From contig OZ316894.1 of NCBI GenBank assembly GCA_973895155.1, positions 18,072,563-18,136,562 on the forward strand: 64,000 bases of DNA, in the 5' to 3' direction. Of this stretch, positions 52,046 to 61,469 are shown piece by piece. This stretch comes from Marsupella aquatica. Its lineage: Eukaryota > Plantae > Marchantiophyta. Below the pieces are notes generated by a model, which ran no database searches, was not told the DNA's origin, and saw only the letters and a program-made list of their open reading frames with translations. Every line of letters begins with the position of its first letter. Within the stretch, counting starts at the first letter, position 1. Position numbers and translations under genes: made by a program.

Positions 52046-52969
52046 ATGGCGTCGTGCGTCGCGGCATCAGCATCAGCAGCAACAGCAGCAGCGATGTCAT
52101 GCGGACTTGCGGCATTGCAGAGCGCGCAGACGAGTGGAAGGAGCTTCAGTGGATTGAGGTTGGTGCGTCCATCCTCTCGTAGAAGCGCCTTAGAAAATGT
52201 GTCTTGCGTCAAACACAACAACAGCGGCGAAAGGAATGTGGGCGGTGTAGCGAGGGCACGAGTGACCGCTGTGCCGGTGGTCACATTCGATGGAACCAGT
52301 GCTGGAAGCGCGGAGATTAGCCTCAAAACAGCGCGCCCTGAGACTGCTGGAGCGGTGGTGCATCGAGGAGTGATTGCGGAGCTGCAGAACAGGAGGAGAG
52401 GAACTGCATCGACCTTGACGCGTTCTGAGGTGCGTGGAGGAGGGAGGAAGCCGTTCAAGCAGAAAGGAACGGGGCAGGCCAGACGGGGTTCGCAGAGAAC
52501 GCCTCTGAGGCCGGGAGGAGGAGTGGTGTTCGGGCCGAAGCCGGTGGATTGGAGAATTAAGATTAACAAGAAGGAGAAGCAGCTTTCGATCAGTACTGCC
52601 ATGCAGAGCGCCGCTGTCGACGCTTTGGTGGTGGAAGATCTGCAGGAGAAAATCACTACTCCCAAGACGAGTACTTTCATAGCTGCTCTCAAGCGGTGGG
52701 GTGTTGATCCCGCCCAGCACTCTCTTCTTTTTGCCACCGAGGTCTCCAAGGAGCTTGAGCTATCTGCTAGGAACATTAAAACTCTGAAGATTTTGACTCC
52801 TAGGTCTCTCAATCTGTACGACATTTTGAGAGCTGACAGGGTTTTGTTTACGAGGAGCGGTTTGCAGTATCTCAACGATACATACGGAGCTGCGAGTGGG
52901 GAGTTTTTGGCAGCAGAGGGTGACGGTGAGACTATCGACGTTGAGTCCAGTCAGTCTGCTACGGAGTAA
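52046..52969 (+). CDS. RPL4: Plastid 50S ribosomal protein L4 (uL4c) with transit peptide, 307 aa, intronless
   Basis: Ala/Ser-rich transit peptide, then RRGTASTLTRSEVRGGGRKPFKQKGTGQARRGSQRTPLRPGGGVVFGPKP, SARNI and LNLYDILRAD. Confidence 0.97.
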   Translation: MASCVAASASAATAAAMSCGLAALQSAQTSGRSFSGLRLVRPSSRRSALENVSCVKHNNSGERNVGGVARARVTAVPVVTFDGTSAGSAEISLKTARPETAGAVVHRGVIAELQNRRRGTASTLTRSEVRGGGRKPFKQKGTGQARRGSQRTPLRPGGGVVFGPKPVDWRIKINKKEKQLSISTAMQSAAVDALVVEDLQEKITTPKTSTFIAALKRWGVDPAQHSLLFATEVSKELELSARNIKTLKILTPRSLNLYDILRADRVLFTRSGLQYLNDTYGAASGEFLAAEGDGETIDVESSQSATE

Positions 52970-53367
52970 GCTCAGTAGATATATTTTAGAAATTTCAAGT
53001 CTGCTAGCCCTGCTGCTTCGTTGATTATTCGAACTGCGTCTTCAATTGCTTTGTACACTTCTCCGAAGGTGAATGAGTGCAAAATTTAGGACCCCTTCTC
53101 CGCTCCGCTGTCCATGGGATTTTTAAATAAAAAATTCAGTGCTCGCTTTCTAGAAGCGGTGCGTCACAGAATTTTTTTAAACCCGAGGGTTTTGTGGGGA
53201 TTGTTCTTGTCACGTCTTTGTAAATAAGGTCTCAAACTAGATGCCAAGTGAAGTCCGTCATTTGCACGAAGCTGTAAAGGAATTATGCTGCATTACGAAG
53301 AATGGGAGTGTCACTGAGTTTGTGAGAGACCAAATCGTGTCAGCTCGTGCCTGAGGGTGGCAACAAT

Positions 53368-53427
53368 GACAGGCGACAGAATTGTGGTTACAAGACAGGC
53401 GACAGAATTGTGGTTACAAGACAGGCC
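53368..53427. repeat. 26-bp tandem duplication downstream of RPL4
   Basis: gacaggcgacagaattgtggttacaa twice, followed by gacaggc. Confidence 0.9.
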
Positions 53428-54796
53428 AGGCTGCCCAGTGTGTTAGGACGTCTGCCAGTAAAATCAAATGGTGAAAATGTCGGTGACTTTGATGTCCAAA
53501 TCGCTGTCTCCGATGTCAAAAGCCATGCTTGCCACGTCAAAATATATGATTTTCAGTAGTTTTGGAAAGGCTCCTCAGTGGTTGGTCCTAAATACGTTAA
53601 GCCGTAACATGATGTCGTGTATTCTCTGGCTTATAGTCATTCAAGGCGAATATAGGAGTCTGACATGAGGAAATATGTAATGCTTTTAAAAGAACTCTTT
53701 ACTTCGATGATGAGCAAACCTGTGTATGGAAGTTACTTTCATGTGGTGATATGGTGTCCCAGTGGGCAAGAGGCACTACCGGGAGTTGTCCACTTCAAAA
53801 TTAAATGAGATAGAACATGTAAGTTCCGAGAATCTTGGACACTAGTTGGTATACATAAGTTCCGACCCCAGGAACATCCCGAACCAAACCTTCACTAGGG
53901 ATTCGAATGCCAAAGGGAAACATGAAAATCTGTGACACCTAAGAATATTGTTGGCCGAGACTGCAAATTTTGAACGTGCCTTAATAATTGGCCGGCTGTG
54001 GCGATGGTAGAAAAGTTTCTTCAGATTGCAAGTACTCTGATGGATCCAAGAGCCTCCAGATCAACTTTTGTTCACAGGTATCATTCCCATCATTGAGGAC
54101 AGTTCTCTCTGCTTGTGGGAGAAGTTTCCTAATTGATGAAACTTTTGTACTCATTAAGGAGCTTTCCACGAACGTATCGGACGTCCCGAGTTAAGGAGTC
54201 GTCCAATTTGGGAGATGTAGCTATTTGTAGTCAGTCAATTTCAACTAGGACAACAGCAACCGCTGAGTCTCTTCCAGATACACCATTATTCTTTTCTCTG
54301 ATCAGACTCTTAGCTTTACTTCGAGAACAGTTAGCCAGCAGATTTTGGTCCCCCATTAATATCAATCTGCAATTTTGCGGGAGAGGTATTGTGGTACTCG
54401 AAGTCCACGCTGGTGTAGAAAATCAATTACCCAGGTAATTGTAAGTGAAACGAAGTGTTGGCTGAAGCGGGAAAATTCTCATGGAAATTAACGTCTATAG
54501 AAGCTGGTATCGGACAACGTGTCCAATAAATTCCAGGGATTGACAGTGAACCCATGGACCATTTCCTTGCCAAAACAGGAACCAGGAATGGAGCAGATCA
54601 AAGTCTCTGATCTGCAGGAGACCTACAATGAACTCTCCGATCTTAGTACGCCAGAAAATGACTCACCAATTGACTCCTATCTGGGTCAAAACAACTATAT
54701 CCAAATGGGTAGTGCTTTTCACTCTGGATGGTCACCATATCACAATGCCAACAAAACATCTATGATCGGGGAATGTTCCTACAGAATGTTGTGCAC

Positions 54797-56312
54797 CTAT
54801 GCTGACTCTCCTGGCAACGATCGAATGATATCAGAATCACCTGAAACAATGCAAGAGAAATAAAGGTCACTTAACAAGAAGTGTTATCCGACAATCTAGG
54901 GATCACATTTAGGTCAATCACAGACTGAACCCAACAAGAAAACAGAGAAATCCTCTCGATCAATCAGTATGATCAAGATAGCCAGAAGTGAAACCTCACC
55001 GTACGCCCACCAAACGCATCACAGAAAAGCCCTCACCCAGTTCAAAGTGACGAAGCCCACAGCTAGAAGTGACCGACAACGACATATCCCAATAATCCAG
55101 AGCCATAAGGAGAATGAGTGAAAGCCAGAGGTGGCACTCTTACCAGGATCGGTGATGCTGAGACTGCAGACTCTGTAGTACTTTCCGCAAGCGGTTCCGA
55201 GATCGACGTTGTCTGTTAGACAAGAGCAAGCGCAAACATTCATCAATAGACTAATAGCCGACCAGCCATAGTTGCTTGAGTTCAAGCACAGGCTTCTTGA
55301 TCGAAAGGAAACCAACAGGACGTCAAATTTCGAAAAAGGCATAAGGCGGTAGACGCTACTCGAAGTGTAGGGTTGGAATTTAGGGAGATGGTGGATCATG
55401 GAACGAGACTCATTTAGAAATTGCTACCCAACGAAAAGCAATCTACTCACTTCCACTGTAATGGTGGACACCAGTCTTGGAGAGCATGGCGTAATACTCA
55501 ATCTCTGACTTCCTTAGAGGGGGACAATTGTTAGCGATGATAACAAGTTTCCCTGCATAATCCAAAACAAGTCATGAGCACCGGGCATTCCTTACAAATG
55601 GATGACACTTCAGCTTGTGATCCAAAGGACGCAATCCACTGTCACCTGCTTGGAACAGAGTTCTACGCGCTTGAAGTTGAGCAAAACAGAAACAAAACGA
55701 ACTACACTCAAGAGTTTCAGGGCATTAGGCAAGACATTTAGCGTACGATTCTATACATCAGAAGGCGCCAGAGAGCACGATGGAAAAGACAAGGACAGAA
55801 AGAGGGCTCACCCTTTCCACTTCGGAGTGACTTCAAGGTGGTCTTGTAACCAAGAGTGAATTTGCCACTCTTCATCACGAGAGCTAGCCTGTTGTTTATG
55901 CTCTCCTGTGCCTTTTTCTGAAGATCGAAACGAAAATCCTTAGCATTACGAATTCGACAAAAACGAAGCTTCGAACATCCTTACAACCAGAATCTCGAAG
56001 GCCGTCAATCATGCCTCAAAAGATCAGAAAATTCGTTGCTTCGAGTTCGCCCCCATAATTTTTCAAAAGTAACCAAACTTGCTCGCACTAAACTCAGATT
56101 CGGCTCTTCCGAAAAGAGCCTCCACTCGGCAACGTCTTTGTCATCTTAACAAAACACTAGCGAAGCTTCACAAATGCCGCAATATCTTCCAATCCGAGCC
56201 ATTCTTTCAGGCTCACAAACAAAAATGACATAACGAAATCAACGCAAACAGAGAACAACGAGAAGACACGAGAAGGTGGAGGATCACATACGGTTTTCTT
56301 GGCGGCCACCAT
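54797..56312 (-). CDS. RPL30: Cytosolic 60S ribosomal protein L30 (eL30), 113 aa; exons 56312-56292, 55917-55812, 55552-55451, 55212-55144, 54840-54797
   Basis: Spliced translation MVAAKKT|[35 protein letters not shown]|[34 protein letters not shown]|[23 protein letters not shown]|[14 protein letters not shown]. All introns are GT-AG; exons total 342 nt. Confidence 0.97.
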
Positions 56313-56448
56313 CTTGACGAGAGGGAGGGCGAAGGTCGGCGATCGTCGAGATGCGAGCGAGAGTCGCGCTCCAACAAACACAACAATTACAGAGCAAAAG
56401 AGCTCTCGAGACTTCGCACCACCATAAAAAGACACGGCTGTGAACCCA

Positions 56449-56457
56449 AAACCCTAA
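56449..56457. promoter_or_regulatory. Telo-box (AAACCCTAA) ~140 bp upstream of the RPL30 ATG
   Basis: Exact motif in the position typical of plant ribosomal-protein promoters. Confidence 0.7.
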
Positions 56458-58406
56458 ACGATGGTTTCTCACCTTCGGGCGAGAAGACCGGTTTGTCCAG
56501 TCGCCCTGGCGGAGCGGAGCACGCACCCGAGTAAGGAGCCCGCTTCTCCCGGTCATTTCCGCTCTCAAGAGGTGGTTCAGCAGGTCGCCCGTGGCAGACC
56601 GTGTGAATATATCGGGCGTGTCAACTAGTGCCCTAAGCAAGTGTTCTTGGTTGGGGGTGGGGTGTTAAGTAAAAACTTGATTAAAAATAATAATTTTCAT
56701 TTTGTTATACTTTGGTGGTGCATGCGGCCTTTCTTTTGAGTCATGATATTTTTTACTAGACTACATGTTTTGTACAATGAGATAGTTCTAATTAATAAAA
56801 TCTTTTACTCAAACTATCTTGTGCACCATGACAATTTTCTCAAGTATATCTTTAGCACAAAGTCAGCTATTATGCATTGATGTCTTTTGACAAAAAGTAT
56901 CTTTTAGTAAAACACATGTTTAATTTGTGCAATGACATTTTATTTAATGACATCATTTTAGCAATCACATATTTATAATGATATCTTTTGCTTAACTATA
57001 TTTTTTACTTAACAACATCTTTTGTGCAACGTATGATATATATATTCCTGGCACTAGAGCGTGCCACGTTAACAACAACCGCAATAAACAAGATTTGTCA
57101 GTTTTGTGAATCAAATTTACAGTTTTCATTCGTGTTTTGCATCAATTTGGGTGTAAATTTTGGGACGCCATGTAGTAAAAAGAAATGTAAAAATTTAGAA
57201 ATGCAAAGAGCAAAAGGGGTAAAACTGTCACTATGGAAGTAAGATTTCCAGCCTTTTGCAATTGAAGCAAACTGCCAGCTATGGTCGAAACTTGAATTCA
57301 ATGAATTGATACAAATTCATTTGATCATACATTGATCTGGTTTCAAATGGACTTGCCCCGTATTGACTATTGACTCTCTTAGCTTGAGAATTTGGTTGCA
57401 TGTAGCAAAAAAGCTTGATTTTGACAACTGTTTGTGATAACCATGCTGTTGACTTCGATCTAAAAAGCAAAGCATTCTTGTGACATTTGAAAAAATGTCA
57501 AACTGCTCAAGCCATGGCTGAATGGGTCCACAATGATCTCGTGAGAAAATCTAATTCAAACAATGCAAGTTGTAAAATCTATCATAGTTGTCCAACACAA
57601 CATGACTACCAGCTGCCCTTCCTAATCATACTTCTCTCTTCTGAAAGCTTAAGCGCTGCCCTTTTCCATTTGGTGAATAGGTGCGTCAAGGTCATGAGGC
57701 TATTAACCTCTAATTCAAAACTTGTCAAAGTCATCAGTGAAATCTCCAGAATTTTCAATTATTTGAAAGTACATTGACAAATAGTGTGATAAATATTCTA
57801 CAAACAGGACTCAGCTACTAGAAAGTTTAGGGTTCCTTGTTGAGAAAAGCAGATTTCTCAATTGATCTAGAGAAAATAGTCTTCTCAACTCAAATTGAGT
57901 GCCCAGGGCAAATTAGTGGTCCAATATAGTGTCATCCAATGCCCAAATCAACTAACGTAAACAAAATTGTGCATTGAGTTTATTAATTAATGTTCTAAAA
58001 TTAGTGAAAAATGTCTCATACATAGATCTCAAGTGTTTTAATGTAATTAATGTTCTAAAAATAGTGAAAATATCTCATAGATCTTAAATGTTTTAATGTC
58101 TGCAAGCAGAGCATTATGGACCATATTAGCTTCTCAAAACTCAAGCTAAAATCTCTTATTTTACTGGTCATTATGAAAATATTACAAAATCACATTTGTA
58201 TGAGGTAATTTCTCTTATAGTTTCATTAAAATTTGTAAAACTATCTCATCATAACAATATCTGATACCATAACATTTTGGACCATAATAGTCTCTCATAA
58301 CTTGAGTTAAAGCTAATATTAAATACATATATTATTTCACAACTTGAGTAGCTAATATTACATACATTATTTTTACTCAAACAAGGCCTAAAACATGTAA
58401 CCATAA

Positions 58407-58570
58407 GGTCCACTAACTAATTGATATTCATGGGTTTAACTCGAGACATAACATGCCTACTGGTCCACTAACTAATTGATATTCATGGGTTTAACTCGAG
58501 ACATAACATGCCTACTGGTCCACTAATTAATTGATATTCATGGGTTTAACTCGAGACATAACATGCCTAC
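58407..58570. repeat. 55-bp tandem triplication that includes the PLATZ stop codon
   Basis: ggtccactaa(c/t)taattgatattcatgggtttaactcgagacataacatgcctac(t) starting at 58407, 58462 and 58517. Confidence 0.95.
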
Positions 58571-59323
58571 ACCAGCAGCGCGGACTGGTACGTTCTTCCT
58601 CGATCGCTTCCGAAAGCTGTGAGGTTCAGTCTGATAATCGCCGAGCGGCAGAACTGAAGTGGGCGACCCATCCGCAGCCGGTCGACTCGAACTGGGCCGC
58701 AGTTCATCATTCGTCTGAATGCAATCACCGGTCACAGGTCGCCGCTCTTCGGACGCCGAATTGTGCATGGCCGCTCCACCAGAATCGCAAGTCAGCGAAG
58801 CATCAGGAGCTTCAGGAACTTCAGAAGCATCAGGAGCTTCAGGAGCATCAGGAGGACTGTTAATGATCGCCTTGAGTTTACAAGACAGCGAGCAAAAGCG
58901 GCCCCATTCATCTCTGAGACCCCTGGTGCAGATTCTGCAGTGGCTCTTGATCGTCGGGGAGCGTTGCGGAAACTTCAGTTGAGGCCTGCTGGGAAGGAAC
59001 ACAATCAGGGATGAATTGATGGAGTAAGTCTGAATATGCTTGATGTCGAAGAGGTTGGTGATGTCGTTGACGCGAACTGCGTCTCTATGAGAAGCCTTCC
59101 GCACCTTGAGAACTTGGTGCTCCCCATGCTCGAGTCGCCTGCTTTGTAGACAAAGTGGACCCGTGGCACAGGTGATGCAGAAGTAGTCCTGGTCGCTCGT
59201 CTTCACGCGACTGTCATCCACAGTTTTCCTCTTACTGTACTGATGGATATGTTCGTGGCATTCTGTGAAGTACTTAGTCTCAACAAATCCAGGTAACCAT
59301 GTAGGTACTACAGATTGATCCAT
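58538..59323 (-). CDS. PLATZ zinc-dependent transcription factor, intronless and divergent, 261 aa
   Basis: PTWLPGFVETKYFTECHEH, FCITC, HGEHQVLKVRKASHRDAVRVNDI, IQTYSINSSLIVFLPSRP, CRICTRGLRDEWGRFCSLSCKL and C-terminal RKRSRKNVPVRA. Confidence 0.93.
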   Translation of the reverse strand: MDQSVVPTWLPGFVETKYFTECHEHIHQYSKRKTVDDSRVKTSDQDYFCITCATGPLCLQSRRLEHGEHQVLKVRKASHRDAVRVNDITNLFDIKHIQTYSINSSLIVFLPSRPQLKFPQRSPTIKSHCRICTRGLRDEWGRFCSLSCKLKAIINSPPDAPEAPDASEVPEAPDASLTCDSGGAAMHNSASEERRPVTGDCIQTNDELRPSSSRPAADGSPTSVLPLGDYQTEPHSFRKRSRKNVPVRAAGVGMLCLELNP

Positions 59324-60007
59324 GATGCAGTGATCATATCACACGCAAATAGCTCAAGTTCGTATTGCACTAGCTCATGGTCTCCAAATGAAACAATGAA
59401 ACAGTGCTCATGATCTCCAAATGCTGCATTTCATAGTCTCGAGGGTCCGCGAGGGACGAAGTTTTCGATCAAACGATCCATTCAATCGCGTGTGTGAGCA
59501 AGTAACAGATGTGGCAAATTACGAGAAGCCTTTTCCGCGATCAGCACGTTCTTACAATTCTAAAATGAAAGTGTCTTGATTTAGAACTGCCCATATCGCG
59601 TGAAAGGCTTAATTTAGGAGAGGAACATATTATTTGCGTCGTCGAGACATGGGCCTTGGAAATGAAACCGTCTCCCGTAATTCACGGAGGTTAGAAAAAA
59701 TGACTGAATTGCTCAGAGCCAGTAGCTGCAGTCCAATGGAGAACCAATTGGACTCGGACTCGTATGAAGAATCTGCAGCATGACGCCGAATCGAGTCCGT
59801 CCTGAAAACTTGCTTTCTTCGAATGTAATCAACCTGCCCACCACTCCGTCGAACCTCTACGGCGGACACACGTCGCGGCAATTGTTGTGTATTCTGGTTT
59901 GAACGTGAGGTAGATGTCATGAATTGTTTGCCTTGAAAACCGAAAGCAGACACAACTCTTACATCTAAGAGATTCTTAGATGATAGACGTACTACTTTGG
60001 AAATTTT

Positions 60008-60560
60008 GTATGTAGAGAAGCCTTGCTTTGGAATATTTTCTATGTAGAGAAGCCACAAGGGGACAATACCCAGGGATCCAAACCAGGAGGTATGTAGAGA
60101 AGCCACAAGAGGACAATACCTAGGGATCCAGACCAGGAGGAAGAGAGTATTAAACCAGAACCCAAAGTGGGCAACGGGGCTGAAGCTATCAGCAATACTC
60201 CCACCACTACACCTCACCCACACACTTATCCTCCACACCCCTTATGTGTGGAGGGAGGTATGTAGAGAAGCCACAAGGGAACAATACCCAGGGATCCAGA
60301 CCAGGAAGAAGAGAGGATTAAACCAGAACCCAAAGTGGGTAACCAGGGTTGAAGCGATCAGCAATACTCCCACCACTACACCTCACCCACACACATATCC
60401 TCCACACCCCTTATTTGTGGAGGGAGGATTGAACCTAGGACCTCTCGGTTCTAGGATGATCCCACCACTACACCCCACCCACCCACACATACTCTCCACA
60501 CCCCTTATGTGTGGAGGGAGGATTGAACTGGGACCTCTCGGTTCCAGGCTCATCCTCTGA
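60008..60560. repeat. Composite nested tandem repeat with two tRNA B-box-like (SINE-like) segments
   Basis: atgtagagaagccacaag...acaatacc.agggatcca.accagga at ~60042, 60092 and 60260. cccaccactacacc.cacccac at ~60200, 60369 and 60461. gaggattgaac(c)t(a/g)ggacctctcggttc at ~60424 and ~60518. Confidence 0.8.
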
Positions 60561-61469
60561 CCAAAGAGAGTTGGTTAGATGTCATGAATTGCTGATCATT
60601 CCAAACTGCAGATTGTATCACAACATTAGGCTCTAAAACAACTCCAGCCTCTGACTCTGTACAGTGGATGTTGCTACGTGGCTAATCTCTACGGTACTAC
60701 TTCTACCTACAGTCCTGTATTCTCTAGGAGCAAGTAGAGACTAAAGGACTCTCAATCGCAACATCCAAATCAGTCGTCGTTTATGCTGTTGGCTGGAAAG
60801 ACATCAGAATTACAATTCAGCATTTGAGTTGATGCCTAATTTATTCGTTCTGCGTTACAAAAGTACTATTCTTCGTAATGTGGAGAAAGTGAGGCTTCTT
60901 ACAGGGCGTTGATAACCCTGGTTTGGCCCTGGACATGAGCTGAGAGAAAATTGGCCGCAATAGGTTGTGTCTCACTAGCAGAGATCAACTCGGTAACCTT
61001 CCTTGGCCAAGCGTTAAGGGTTATCCACGATTAACAACCGCCACTCAAGTGGTCTACTATGAGAGAAACTATTTTCTGAAATCCTGTTTAGGGTTTAGGG
61101 TTCCTTGAGATCCAGACCTTTACACTAATGTGCAGACTCTACGGAGGGATTTTAAAGTTCACTTTCTTTTGTCCTTGAGAGATCTTAAGACGTCCTTCTA
61201 TGCACATCCAAGAAACTGCAGAGGCCAATAGGCGGTTAGAGGAGCAGCTATCTGCTCCTTAGAACGCACTCTTTAATAAATAAGACCTTTCATGGGTTTG
61301 ATTTATACATCACGTCAGCCTGTACTGACTCTCAAAACGTTGTCACCTATGTCTTAGTTTCTTATACTCGACTGTCCTCAACACAACCAGATAATTCATT
61401 GTAAATAATATACAGCCTGCCCAAAATGAGCATCAAATGGCCAACCAATCAAGTAAACAATGAACAGTT

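Noticed and set aside
51487-52182. Repetitive ORFs over the 44-bp array
   Set aside because: Translations of a stop-poor minisatellite.
51967-52875. 302-aa minus-strand ORF
   Set aside because: Antisense shadow of the GC-rich RPL4 CDS.
55213-55811. Intronic snoRNAs in RPL30
   Set aside because: No convincing C/D box pair with terminal stem, or H/ACA structure, by eye; snoscan or Infernal would be needed.
59630-60560. 202-aa and 104-aa ORFs
   Set aside because: Largely translations of the composite tandem repeat.
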